This document shows positions 44,421-54,953 of a stretch of DNA of 64,000 bases, one piece after another. Positions within the stretch are counted from its first letter, which is position 1. The number at the start of each line of letters is the position of its first letter. The notes under the pieces were generated by a model. That model did no database searches and had not been told where the DNA came from. It saw only the letters and a list, made by a program, of their open reading frames with translations. Source of the stretch: an uncultured Bacteroidales bacterium (GTDB taxonomy: Bacteria; Bacteroidota; Bacteroidia; Bacteroidales; GWA2-32-17); the NCBI GenBank assembly GCA_964431135.1, contig CAYSIN010000005.1, positions 245 through 64,244 on the forward strand, read 5' to 3'. The position numbers were made by a program, and so were the translations under genes.

Positions 44421-45410
44421 TTATAAGAATCGAACACTTCCATATTTTCCACGAGTATTTGATTTGGATATAGTAAAGCAATATTTTGCGAAGACTTCAA
44501 TAGAACCACTTTCATAAGAACGTAATTTTGAAATAGTAAGGTCGTACGACAACCCAAACGTTATGTTTGATTGTGTAGTAAAGCCAACCATGGCAACTAC
44601 AGCATCACCGAAACGATATGATAAGCCCCCTCTAAATTGGCGACGATATTCTACTAATAAATTCAAATCGTATTGAGCCGATGACCAGTCATATTTAATA
44701 AACGCTGAAGGCCATAAACCCCAATTTTTATTGGGCATTTCGATAAATGAACCTACCGTTACATAATAATGGCGACGCATATAAGGTAAATCGCCTGTTT
44801 CAAACTTTATTTTTGGTTGTGTTAAATGAGTAGTACTAATGCCACCATATATTTTATCGTCTTTGGCTCTATAAAAAACACCAAAATTAGCATCAAAAAC
44901 AATTTGTGCTTCTGAATGAGGTATGGCTGGATCGGCATAAGGATTTTGCTGAATGCCATTCAGTTTATCGGGAGTTATCCACTCACCGTCCAATGCCTTA
45001 TTAAGAAGTCCAAGCCCCAAACCTAACCCTAAATCGCCTTCACCTAACTTTAAATGATAGGCATAATTTACATTTAAATACGTATTTTTTTCAAATCCCA
45101 AATTATCGCTTTCAATATTTATTCCCACACCGCTGTTTATTTCTGGAAGAGCCATATCAGCAGAAAAAATCATGGTTTTAGGTGCTCCATCAAAGCCAAG
45201 CCATTGATTTCTATACAATACCGATGCACAAATAGCACCATTGCTTCCAGCAAAACCTGGATTAATAGGTAAAATATTGTACTTATTCATACTAACTTGA
45301 GGGTCTTGCTGTGCAAATAAATTTGGCAGCATTCCCATTATGAAAACCAACAATAGTAACCGTTTCATATTATTCTGATTGCTAAACTTCTTATGTATCA
45401 ATATACTCAT
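44421..45410 (-). CDS. porP: PorP/SprF-family beta-barrel heading the porPKLMN operon (start probably 45368)
   Basis: QQDPQ.S, INPGFAG, YRNQWLG.DGAPKT, SYD, GSIE. Confidence 0.9.
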   Translation of the reverse strand: MSILIHKKFSNQNNMKRLLLLVFIMGMLPNLFAQQDPQVSMNKYNILPINPGFAGSNGAICASVLYRNQWLGFDGAPKTMIFSADMALPEINSGVGINIESDNLGFEKNTYLNVNYAYHLKLGEGDLGLGLGLGLLNKALDGEWITPDKLNGIQQNPYADPAIPHSEAQIVFDANFGVFYRAKDDKIYGGISTTHLTQPKIKFETGDLPYMRRHYYVTVGSFIEMPNKNWGLWPSAFIKYDWSSAQYDLNLLVEYRRQFRGGLSYRFGDAVVAMVGFTTQSNITFGLSYDLTISKLRSYESGSIEVFAKYCFTISKSNTRGKYGSVRFL

Positions 45411-45643
45411 TTTTACAACGTGCTAAGTAAATAATAATATTTTATATTAAAAAATTTTTTCAACATTTTTTTGTTGATAAAGATTATTAATTTTCATTTT
45501 AAACGGTAAAAGTACAAAAAAAGTTTCATTGGATATATCTTTTTTAAAAATTTTTTTTTTTTTGAATAAAAATATCATAGTTAATAACGTTTCTTTTAAC
45601 ATTTTTTAATTAAAACGACAAAGTTATATGAAAAATTGTATTT

Positions 45644-46750
45644 TCATAGTAATTTTTGATATGCATGTAACCATTTATCGGGTATATTTCCATTACATGC
45701 TTGTGTGTAATCTGCTTCGGAGCATGAAATAAGCCACTTTTTTTGAAAATCTGATTTCGGAATGGGTATTTCCATCCACCAGCGACTACTTTTTGTACTT
45801 TTATAAAATGTAATATACGTTTTTTGGCTCACTTCTACATGAATACGTTTAAGTTTTGAAACAGGACTGGCGGGATAATCATGTTTTCGTGCTGTATAAC
45901 CATCAATAAAATGCCAAATAATTTGAGCCATAGCAAGCGCATTGATACTTGTTTCCTGATTATATAATATGGAAAACGCAGAAAGCCTATCGCTAAAGCC
46001 AGCATACATGGCTAATTGACAACACTCTTTAATGGAAAGACCATTGGGTGAAATATTTTCGTATTCGGGTAAATAGGTATTGATGATGGCGGTATCGTGA
46101 AGGCAAAAAATATCACTATCACGCAAATAGGGTTCTGCCATAGTAATATCTTTTTGAAGTTCGCCCAATCTAAGTCCTTCAAAATAGAGCGATTGCATCA
46201 TCGATAATTCAGAAGGAAGTGTAAAGTAATTCTGATGTCCTAATAGTATATAATTAAATAAGGTGTTCTCCTTGCGAGATAATATTTGAGGTAAATAATG
46301 ATTATTGCTTTTTTTTATTTTTACAGAAAAATCGGATACAGCCATGTTGACAAATTTTTTTTGTGCTTCGTAAGCCAAATAAATAGAATATGGAATATAT
46401 GAATTATCGGAAATAATAATGGGAATAGTTTTATTTTCTGTTAAATACTCTACAACATCGCGAACGGCAAACAACGTATCAGAAAAAGAAGTCCCGTTTT
46501 TTATTTCCCCCAAGTCAATTGCTTTATAGGGCTTGGGTGTATGACTTGTAAGTCGATACAATAATTTTCTTATTTCTGAAGTATAGTTTGAATTTTTTTG
46601 AGTATTGACAGAAAATAATGCCAATGGGTATTGTTTTAATTTCAATGTATGAGATAACTCTTCGGATAAAAAAGTCCATTGATTGGAGACGTATCCTTTT
46701 TTGGGTGTAATAGAGAATGGTACTGGATTAAAATAATCTATCAAATTCAT
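45644..46750 (-). CDS. Arginase/formimidoylglutamase-fold protein, degenerate active site
   Basis: IDLG.I..G, SPNGL, YAGFSD.LS.F, AQIIWHFIDG, RWWME; the GGxH and DxHxD metal motifs are not recognisable. Confidence 0.7.
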   Translation of the reverse strand: MNLIDYFNPVPFSITPKKGYVSNQWTFLSEELSHTLKLKQYPLALFSVNTQKNSNYTSEIRKLLYRLTSHTPKPYKAIDLGEIKNGTSFSDTLFAVRDVVEYLTENKTIPIIISDNSYIPYSIYLAYEAQKKFVNMAVSDFSVKIKKSNNHYLPQILSRKENTLFNYILLGHQNYFTLPSELSMMQSLYFEGLRLGELQKDITMAEPYLRDSDIFCLHDTAIINTYLPEYENISPNGLSIKECCQLAMYAGFSDRLSAFSILYNQETSINALAMAQIIWHFIDGYTARKHDYPASPVSKLKRIHVEVSQKTYITFYKSTKSSRWWMEIPIPKSDFQKKWLISCSEADYTQACNGNIPDKWLHAYQKLL

Positions 46751-49083
46751 TTGGTTTTACGTTTAGTTTCCTTTTTTGAATTTTTATTCAGTTCCAGATT
46801 TTTTTGGACAATTTCCATAATACTTTCGTACGACGCTGTTTTCCAATCTATTTCTTTAGGCATACGTATATTTTTATCTTTATATTTGATGTAAACACCA
46901 TAGCGTCCCTTTAATATTTTTAATTCGTGATTTTCAGAAAATTCTTTTAATGGTCCGGAATTACCCGATTCTTTTTCAACAATAATTTCAATGGCTCGTG
47001 GAAGTTCAATGGTATAAGGGTCATCTACATTTCGTTTTAAAGAATAAAATTTCTTGTTACATAATACGTAAGGACCAAATTTCCCAATATTGACTATTAC
47101 ATCATTGCCGTTATAGGTTCCAATATTTCGAGGTAACGTAAATAATTCTAATGCTTCTTCAAGCGTAATGGTTTCGATATATTGACTTTTCTTTAAACTG
47201 GCAAATTTAGGTTTAGATGTTTGGCTGCTTTCTCCCAGTTGAACAATAGGTCCGTATTTCCCATATTTGGCATACACATTCAATCCTGTTTTGGTATCTG
47301 TACCTAAAAGCCTTTCCTGATTAACTCTGTCTTTCGAAACTTCCAATTCTTTGAGTTTTGGATGAAAATCGGAATAAAAGTTTTGAATAAGCGACACCCA
47401 GTTTATTTTCCCTTCGGCAATTTCATCTAATTTTTTTTCGACTTCTGCTGTAAAATTATATTCAAGAATATTTGGAAAAACAGAATTAAGATAATCATTT
47501 ACAATTATTCCCGTATCGGTAGGAAAGAGTTTTGATTTTTCAGCACCAAACTGTTCTTTTTTTTCTTTTTCCTTTATGGTATTGTTTTCTAAGATTATCA
47601 TGGTAATATCGCGCGAATTGGCAGGTTTGCTTGTTTTGGTTACATATCCTCTTTGCTGAATAGTTGAAATAATAGGTGCGTATGTTGAGGGACGCCCTAT
47701 TCCAAGTTCTTCCAGTTTTTTTACTAAACTTGCTTCCGTATATCGTGCTGGACTGTGATTAAATTTTTGTGTAGCCACAATTTGTTTGTTTATTAACGAT
47801 TGATTTTTTTCTAAAGCAGGCATAGTGGTTTCTTCTGATTGTTCATTTTCGTCTTCTGCCGTTTCATTATATAATTTTAAAAAACCATCAAATAAAATAA
47901 CCTTCCCGGTAGCCACAAAATCATAAGGCAATTTTTTATTTTTTATATAGACGAGTGTTTTTTCAATTTTTGCCTCTTTCATTTGAGAAGCAAGGGCACG
48001 TTGCCATATTAATTCGTAAAGTTCTTTTTCTTGTGGCGCAGCATCAATGGTTTGGTTGGAAAAATAAGTAGGTCTGATTGCTTCGTGTGCTTCCTGTGCA
48101 CCTTTACTCTTGGTTTCATATTGACGACTTTTGTGATATTCCTTACCAAAAAGTTTTTCTATTTCTTTTTTAGCAGCCCCCAACGCAAGGGTTGAAAGAT
48201 GTACAGAATCGGTTCTCATATAGGTAATATGTCCCGATTCATATAGTTTTTGAGCAATGGTCATTGTTTTTGAAACAGAAAAACCAAGTTTTCGCGATGC
48301 TTCCTGCTGCAAAGTGCTCGTGGTAAAAGGGGGCGGTGGATTTAAGATGGAAGGCTTTTTCTGAATATCGGATATAAAAAACGACGCATCTATACATTGT
48401 TTCAAAAATGCTAACGCTTCTTCTTTTTTATCAAAGGAGTGATTTAATTCGGCTTGAATGTCGTATTTTTTATTTTCCTTGTCTTTGGCAATAAAAGTAC
48501 CTGTAACCTTATATGAAAATGATGGAACGAAATTAATAATTTCACGTTCACGCTCAACAATAATACGAACAGCAATAGATTGTACACGCCCTGCTGAAAG
48601 ATTGGGACGAATTTTTTTCCACAAAAGAGGTGAAAGTTCATACCCAACAATTCTGTCAAGTACACGGCGTGCTTGTTGAGCGTTCACCAGATTCATGTCT
48701 ATATCTCTTGGATTTTGAATAGCATTCTGAATGGCTTCTTTGGTAATTTCATGAAATGCAATACGTTTTGTGTTTTTTCCCGATAGTTTTAAAACTTCAA
48801 ACAAATGCCATGCTATAGCCTCTCCTTCGCGGTCTTCATCAGAAGCAAGCCAAACATATTTAGCGTCTTTGGCAAGTTTTTTTAATTCTGCAATAATTTT
48901 GTTTTTCTCCTTGGGTACTTCATAAATGGGAGAAAAATTATTTTCGATATCGATGCTAAGTTTATTCTTTAGCAAGTCGCGTATATGCCCAAAACTTGAT
49001 TTAACCATATATTCTTTTCCCAAGAATTTCTCAATAGTTTTGGCTTTTGCAGGAGATTCTACAATAACAAGATTTTGTTCCAT
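46747..49083 (-). CDS. topA: DNA topoisomerase I
   Basis: LVIVESPAKAKTI, ASDEDREGE, SAGRVQS, ITYMRTDS, AHEAIRPT, GIGRPSTY; C-terminal Toprim_C repeats. Confidence 0.97.
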   Translation of the reverse strand: MEQNLVIVESPAKAKTIEKFLGKEYMVKSSFGHIRDLLKNKLSIDIENNFSPIYEVPKEKNKIIAELKKLAKDAKYVWLASDEDREGEAIAWHLFEVLKLSGKNTKRIAFHEITKEAIQNAIQNPRDIDMNLVNAQQARRVLDRIVGYELSPLLWKKIRPNLSAGRVQSIAVRIIVEREREIINFVPSFSYKVTGTFIAKDKENKKYDIQAELNHSFDKKEEALAFLKQCIDASFFISDIQKKPSILNPPPPFTTSTLQQEASRKLGFSVSKTMTIAQKLYESGHITYMRTDSVHLSTLALGAAKKEIEKLFGKEYHKSRQYETKSKGAQEAHEAIRPTYFSNQTIDAAPQEKELYELIWQRALASQMKEAKIEKTLVYIKNKKLPYDFVATGKVILFDGFLKLYNETAEDENEQSEETTMPALEKNQSLINKQIVATQKFNHSPARYTEASLVKKLEELGIGRPSTYAPIISTIQQRGYVTKTSKPANSRDITMIILENNTIKEKEKKEQFGAEKSKLFPTDTGIIVNDYLNSVFPNILEYNFTAEVEKKLDEIAEGKINWVSLIQNFYSDFHPKLKELEVSKDRVNQERLLGTDTKTGLNVYAKYGKYGPIVQLGESSQTSKPKFASLKKSQYIETITLEEALELFTLPRNIGTYNGNDVIVNIGKFGPYVLCNKKFYSLKRNVDDPYTIELPRAIEIIVEKESGNSGPLKEFSENHELKILKGRYGVYIKYKDKNIRMPKEIDWKTASYESIMEIVQKNLELNKNSKKETKRKTK

Positions 49084-49142
49084 TGATTTTTTATAATTTT
49101 GGGGTGCAATTTAGTCATTTTTATTTTAACAAGTATAAACTC

Positions 49143-51485
49143 ATGGATAAGCAAACAAATTCAAACCCTTCATTAAAAAAAATTATTCGTATATTATGGA
49201 TATTATTTATTATTCCGATAATTTTAGGGATACTGTTTTTTTATTTTATTTCTAAAGGTTATTTGGGATACATGCCCAGTTTTGAAGAGATGGAAAACCC
49301 AAAAAATAAACTGGCAACTGAAATTATTTCAAGCGATGGTTTTGTTTTAGGAACTTATTTTAAAGAAAACAGGACACCTATTAAATATAATGAACTTCCA
49401 CAAAATTTAATCAATGCACTTGTAGCCACCGAAGATGCACGCTTTTATGGACACTCGGGTGTAGATTTGCGAGCCATAGGGCGTGTTGTGCTGGGAACAG
49501 GTAAAAAAGGTGGTGGCAGTACCCTGTCGCAGCAATTGGCCAAAATGCTTTTTCCACGCGAAGAAAATTCAGGTTTTGTTAAAAAAGTTGTGCGAAAATT
49601 CCGAGAATGGGTCATGGCTATTAAACTGGAACGGCGTTATACCAAAGAAGAAATAATTACCATGTATCTTAATAAGTTTGATTTTTTGAATTTGGCAGTA
49701 GGTATTAAATCTGCTGCCAAAGTGTATTTTAGTACTATCTCCGATTCACTAAAAATAGAACAATGTGCCATGTTGGTAGGTATGTGCAAAAATCCATCGT
49801 TATATAATCCCATTCGCAGGCCAGAACAAACGTTAGGACGAAGAAATGTAGTATTGGGACAAATGCTAAAATATGGGTATATTAAACAAAATCAATACGA
49901 TTCGTTAACAAAATTACCATTAAAAATAAAATTTCAGCGAGTGGACCAAAAAGAAGGACTGGCTACTTACTTCCGTGAATATCTGCGAATGATGATGACT
50001 GCTAATAAGCCAAACCCTGATGATTATATTGACCCGCAACGTTATTATGAAGATTCACTGGATTGGGAAACAAATCCATTATTTGGATGGTGCAATAAAA
50101 ACACCAAAGTCGATGGAAATCATTACGATATTTATAAGGATGGCTTAAAAATATATTGCACTATTGATTCCCGAATGCAAAAATATGCGGAAGATGCCAT
50201 TAAATATCATCTTTCTACCATACTTCAACCAGCATTTTTTAGAGAACAAAAAGGTCGTAAAAAAGCTCCTTTTGCATGGAACGTAACCGAAGAAGAAATA
50301 AATACGATGATGAAACTTTCTATTAAACGCACAGAACGATATAGGGTATTAAAAAAAGCAGGACTTTCTGAAACTGACATCATGAAGAATTTCAAAACAC
50401 CGGTTTCCATGACTGTATTTTCGTGGCACGGAGAAAAAGATACTGTTTTATCGCCGTATGATTCGCTGCGTTACTATAAATTTTATTTATGGTCCAGTTT
50501 AATGTCGATGGAACCAAATACGGGTTTTGTAAAGGCGTATGCAGGTGGAATTGATTACAAATATTTTAATTTTGACATGGTAAAATTGGGAAAGCGTCAG
50601 GTAGGTTCTACTTTCAAACCTTTCCTTTACACGCTTGCCATGCAGGAAGGCTACTCTCCCTGCTATGAAGTTCCCAATATACCAGTATCATTTGATTTGC
50701 CCGACGGAACAACATGGACACCCAAAAATAGCGGTAAGACAAAGAGAGACGGACAGATGGTTACATTGCGTTGGGCATTGGCAAATTCTATCAATTATAT
50801 TTCTGCTTGGCTTATTAAACGATATAATCCCTATGCCGTAATTAATATAGTACGAAAAATGGGCATTCGGAGTAAAATAGACCCTGTTCCCGCTATATGT
50901 CTGGGTGTACCTGAAATTTCCTTGTATGAAATGGTAGGTGCATTCAGTACTTTTGCCAATCACGGCATTTATACTCAACCCATTTTTGTAACACGTATAA
51001 CAGATGCTAACGGTAATGTATTAGGAACCTTTAAACCCATGCGAAATGAATCTATAAGCGAACAAACATCTTATATGATGATAGAACTGCTACGTGCCGT
51101 AGTTAATCAAGGAACTAGTTGGCGACTAAAAGGGAAATATAATATTTTAAGTGATGTTGCCGCCAAAACAGGTACTACACAAAACCAATCTGACGGCTGG
51201 TATATAGGACTCACACCAAAACTAGTTACGGGCGTATGGGTTGGTGGAGAAGACCGCAGCATTCATTTCAACAATTTGGAAATGGGACAGGGAGCCAGTA
51301 CAGCACTTCCTATTTGGGCTTATTACATGAAAAAAGTTTACGCTAATTCATCTCTAGGTTACTCCGAAAAAGATGTCTTTGAACGACCCGAAAATATTAA
51401 ACAAGATATAGATTGTAACAAACAAAAACCGTATGAAGAGCCCGGCAACGATTACGAAATCATTGAATCTATGCCTATACCATAA
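49143..51485 (+). CDS. mrcA: Penicillin-binding protein 1A (class A transglycosylase/transpeptidase); start moved to MDKQ
   Basis: TEDARF..HSGVD, GGSTLSQQLAK, GSTFKP, SIN, KTGT. Confidence 0.9.
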   Translation: MDKQTNSNPSLKKIIRILWILFIIPIILGILFFYFISKGYLGYMPSFEEMENPKNKLATEIISSDGFVLGTYFKENRTPIKYNELPQNLINALVATEDARFYGHSGVDLRAIGRVVLGTGKKGGGSTLSQQLAKMLFPREENSGFVKKVVRKFREWVMAIKLERRYTKEEIITMYLNKFDFLNLAVGIKSAAKVYFSTISDSLKIEQCAMLVGMCKNPSLYNPIRRPEQTLGRRNVVLGQMLKYGYIKQNQYDSLTKLPLKIKFQRVDQKEGLATYFREYLRMMMTANKPNPDDYIDPQRYYEDSLDWETNPLFGWCNKNTKVDGNHYDIYKDGLKIYCTIDSRMQKYAEDAIKYHLSTILQPAFFREQKGRKKAPFAWNVTEEEINTMMKLSIKRTERYRVLKKAGLSETDIMKNFKTPVSMTVFSWHGEKDTVLSPYDSLRYYKFYLWSSLMSMEPNTGFVKAYAGGIDYKYFNFDMVKLGKRQVGSTFKPFLYTLAMQEGYSPCYEVPNIPVSFDLPDGTTWTPKNSGKTKRDGQMVTLRWALANSINYISAWLIKRYNPYAVINIVRKMGIRSKIDPVPAICLGVPEISLYEMVGAFSTFANHGIYTQPIFVTRITDANGNVLGTFKPMRNESISEQTSYMMIELLRAVVNQGTSWRLKGKYNILSDVAAKTGTTQNQSDGWYIGLTPKLVTGVWVGGEDRSIHFNNLEMGQGASTALPIWAYYMKKVYANSSLGYSEKDVFERPENIKQDIDCNKQKPYEEPGNDYEIIESMPIP

Positions 51486-51506
51486 AATGAATTAATTAAA
51501 TTTGAT

Positions 51507-52608
51507 ATGATAATAACGATAGACCACATTAAAGACATACAAAAAAGACGTGATGCGTTAAGGAGGTTTCTTTGACATCGACCGCAAGAAAATAGAATTA
51601 GAAGAAGCCGAATTGAATACTCGTGCCCCCGATTTTTGGAGCAATCCAAAAAAGGCAGAGCAATGGTTAAAAAAAATTTCTTCCTTAAAATCATGGATAT
51701 CCGATTTTAACAGTGTGGACGATTCATTAAATGATTTAACCGTTATTTTTGACTTTTATAAACAAAAAGAAGCCTCCGAACAAGAATTAGAAGAACAATA
51801 TACAAAATCTCTTCAGTTAACTCAAAATTTGGAGTTGAAAAATATGCTTCGTGAAGATGAAGATAAACTTCCTGCTATCATGAAAATAAACAGCGGTGCT
51901 GGTGGTACCGAAAGTTTAGACTGGACCAATATGCTTTTACGTATGTATCAACGGTGGGGTGAACGCAATCATTATAAAATACGCATTATTGACATGCAAC
52001 CCGGCGATGAAGTAGGCGTTAAATCGGTAATGCTCGAGTTTGATGGAGCATTTGCCTACGGATTTTTAAAAAGTGAAACAGGCGTACACCGACTTGTACG
52101 CATTTCCCCATTTAATGCACAAGGAAAACGACAAACAACTTTTGCATCGGTATTTGTCTCACCCCTCATAGACGACACTATAGAAATTATCATTAACCCT
52201 GCCGATATAGAATGGGATACTTTTCGCTCCAGTGGTCCCGGCGGGCAAAATGTTAATAAAGTAGAAACGGGTGTTCGTTTGCGACATCTTCCATCGGGTA
52301 TTGTAATAGAAAATCAGGAAAGCCGTTCACAGTTAACTAATCGTGAAAATGCCTTACGATTGCTGAAATCGCAACTTTACGAATTGGAACTGCAAAAACG
52401 AAGAGCAAGACAAGCCGAAATAGAAGGCACAAAAATGAAAATAGAATGGGGTTCACAAATACGTTCGTATGTCTTACATCCATATAAAATGGTTAAGGAT
52501 ATGCGAACTGATTACGAAACAAGCGATGCACAAGGCGTTCTTGATGGCAAATTAGATGATTTTATAAAGGCTTATTTAATGCAATATGGAAATAACAAAG
52601 CAAATTAA
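51507..52608 (+). CDS. prfB: Peptide chain release factor 2 with programmed +1 frameshift
   Basis: ORF0 MIITIDHIKDIQKRRDALRRFL ends CTT TGA C; the +1 frame continues DIDRKK... into the 51613 ORF with SPF and GGQ motifs. Confidence 0.96.
51561..51576 (+). promoter_or_regulatory. prfB frameshift cassette
   Basis: AGGAGG-TTT-CTT-TGA-C (internal SD, 3-nt spacer, slippery Leu codon, weak stop). Confidence 0.92.
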
Positions 52609-53197
52609 GGTTGTAACCATCGTGTTACTCTTGCTTCCTATAGGGAATTATGCACAACATTTTGTTCCCGGCTTCAAAGCAGGTATGGTTACTTCACAAG
52701 TGGACGGTGACAGGTTAGACGGATACGACAAACCCAGTGTTACGGCCGGTATTTTTGTTGAAAATAAATTTCATGAATACTGGACGTTTAGTATGGGCAT
52801 TGATTATATTCAAAAGGGAAGCAGAAGCATACCTAACGATTCTTTAGGCGGAAGATATTACAAATTGCGACTTAACTATATTGAAGTTCCTTTTTTAGTG
52901 AGAGCCATCATAAAAAAGAAATTTCAAGTAGAAGCCGGATTGGTATTTGGTTATCTGTATCGTGCACGTGAAGATATGGATGCGTATGGCTTTACAGAAC
53001 CTTCACCTCCTTTTAAAAAATATGATTTTCCCATGCGTGTTGGTGTTGGCTATTCGTTCAATGAACATGTCGGCATTCGCTTTCATTATTCATATTCTAT
53101 TTTGCCCATTCGAAACCATCCAGCCAACCAAACATGGTATTTTGACCGCGGGCAGTACAACAATTATTTGATTTTATCCTTGTATTATACATTATAA
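52586..53197 (+). CDS. Outer-membrane beta-barrel (PorT-like porin family)
   Basis: GFKAG..SQV, YIQKGS, RLNYIEVP, C-terminal aromatic strand. Confidence 0.75.
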   Translation: MEITKQIKVVTIVLLLLPIGNYAQHFVPGFKAGMVTSQVDGDRLDGYDKPSVTAGIFVENKFHEYWTFSMGIDYIQKGSRSIPNDSLGGRYYKLRLNYIEVPFLVRAIIKKKFQVEAGLVFGYLYRAREDMDAYGFTEPSPPFKKYDFPMRVGVGYSFNEHVGIRFHYSYSILPIRNHPANQTWYFDRGQYNNYLILSLYYTL

Positions 53198-53200
53198 TTT

Positions 53201-53779
53201 ATGAATAATAAAAAAATTATTATTGCTGTAACCGGTGCCAGTGGCAGCATCTATGCAAAACAATTATTGTCTGATGTTTTGAATAATTCCAATGATGACA
53301 TTTCTATTATTTTTTCTGAAACCGGCAAAAAAGTATGGCTATATGAATTAAATGAACCTATTCCTGTGGCAAATCATAGAATTTCTATTTTTGAAAATGA
53401 TGATTTGTTTGCACCCCCTTCCAGTGGTTCATCGCATTATGATTTCATGATAGTAATACCTTGCTCTATGGGAACACTGGCACGTATAACGCATGGCATT
53501 TCACACGATTTAATTTGTCGAAGTGCTGATGTGATACTTAAAGAACAAAAAAAATTAATCCTTGTTCCCAGAGAATTTCCATATAATTTAATTCATTTAA
53601 CAAACATGCAGCAATTAGCACAAGCCGGGGGCATTATTTTACCTGCTTCTCCGTCCTTTTACAGTAACCCCGTATCCATATCCGATTTAATTAAAACAGT
53701 AACCCATAGAATATTATCGATGATTGATATAAAAACAGATTTTTTTGAATGGGGAAAAAATAATACTGGAATATGTTAA
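53201..53779 (+). CDS. ubiX: Flavin prenyltransferase UbiX
   Basis: AVTGASGSIY, SSGS, PCSMGTL, LVPRE.P, PASPSFY. Confidence 0.92.
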   Translation: MNNKKIIIAVTGASGSIYAKQLLSDVLNNSNDDISIIFSETGKKVWLYELNEPIPVANHRISIFENDDLFAPPSSGSSHYDFMIVIPCSMGTLARITHGISHDLICRSADVILKEQKKLILVPREFPYNLIHLTNMQQLAQAGGIILPASPSFYSNPVSISDLIKTVTHRILSMIDIKTDFFEWGKNNTGIC

Positions 53780-53858
53780 ATAATCTAAATATCTACATAT
53801 ATAGATATAATATTAAAAAAAAGATATTACCTTTGCAAAATTTTTAAACTGAAATAAT

Positions 53859-54230
53859 ATGTTATCACATTTAACAACATCTGAATTTAAAGAAAAAATC
53901 TTTAATTACGAACAACATCAGGAATGGAAATATGCAGGCAATAAACCATGCATTATAGATTTTTATGCAGATTGGTGTGGACCATGCAAAATGGTTTCTC
54001 CTCTTTTAGAAGAAATTTCAAAAGAATACGAAGGTAAATTGGATGTTTTTAAAGTAAATACGGATGAAGAACAGGAATTATCAGAAGTATTTGGCATACG
54101 AAGCATACCTTCCATACTTTTTATTCCTCAGGAAGGACAACCTCAGATGTCAGTGGGAGCAATGCCCAAAGATTCGCTTATCAAAGCCATTGAAGATATA
54201 TTCAATATTAAACCATCTATTATATTATAA
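53859..54230 (+). CDS. trxA: Thioredoxin (cytoplasmic)
   Basis: DFYADWCGPCK, IRSIP. Confidence 0.92.
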   Translation: MLSHLTTSEFKEKIFNYEQHQEWKYAGNKPCIIDFYADWCGPCKMVSPLLEEISKEYEGKLDVFKVNTDEEQELSEVFGIRSIPSILFIPQEGQPQMSVGAMPKDSLIKAIEDIFNIKPSIIL

Positions 54231-54247
54231 AACCTAACAGAAAACGT

Positions 54248-54700
54248 ATGCAACTCAAAGTTTGGTATATTCTTATACTGGTAACTGTTATTAGTTATCC
54301 AGCATTTTCACAACAATCAGGTCAGAAAACCTCCAATACAAACATAGAATACTTGACAGTTGAAACATTCAAACAAAAGGTTTTTGATTATACCAAATCA
54401 AAAACATGGATTTATAAAGGTAAAAAGCCATGTATTATTGATTTTTATGCAGATTGGTGCAGACCATGCAAAATGATTGCTCCCATTTTGGAAGAACTTG
54501 GCAACGATTATAAGGGAAAAATCTATGTTTATAAAATCAATGTGGACCAGCAGAAAGAATTAGCCACTACATTTGGTATTCAAAGTATTCCAGCAGTATT
54601 GTTTGTTCCATTAAAAGGTCAGCCACAAATGATGGTAGGTGCTCACAACAAAGAAGAGTATCAAAAGAATGTGAATGACTTTTTATCTGTAAAAAAATAA
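54248..54700 (+). CDS. Thioredoxin with signal peptide
   Basis: Signal peptide ending AFSQ; DFYADWCRPCK, IQSIP. Confidence 0.88.
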   Translation: MQLKVWYILILVTVISYPAFSQQSGQKTSNTNIEYLTVETFKQKVFDYTKSKTWIYKGKKPCIIDFYADWCRPCKMIAPILEELGNDYKGKIYVYKINVDQQKELATTFGIQSIPAVLFVPLKGQPQMMVGAHNKEEYQKNVNDFLSVKK

Positions 54701-54953
54701 TTTTACGTTTTTTTTCTGCGTTTACAGAAATTGTTCATAAAGACAGTAAAAAATTAACTAATAAAATGATTTTATAAATCATTGTATATCAAATTTATAA
54801 TAGTGATAATATAAAAAAACTGCATTTTTTTTTATCAAAACGTGTATTTTTTTACTCAAAATTTTGCGAATATAAAATAATTAAATAATTTTACCATTTG
54901 TAAAAATATAGAAGCATAAATATATAAGTGTTTGAAAATTAAATAATTAATTT

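Noticed and set aside
39210-45410. porP-gldKLMN operon as a novel system
   Set aside because: Well-characterised T9SS/gliding core in its usual order.
54701-54953. Riboswitch or sRNA in long AT-rich intergenic gaps (also 19762-19921 and 45411-45643)
   Set aside because: No recognisable conserved motif or GC-rich stem; consistent with ordinary promoter regions.
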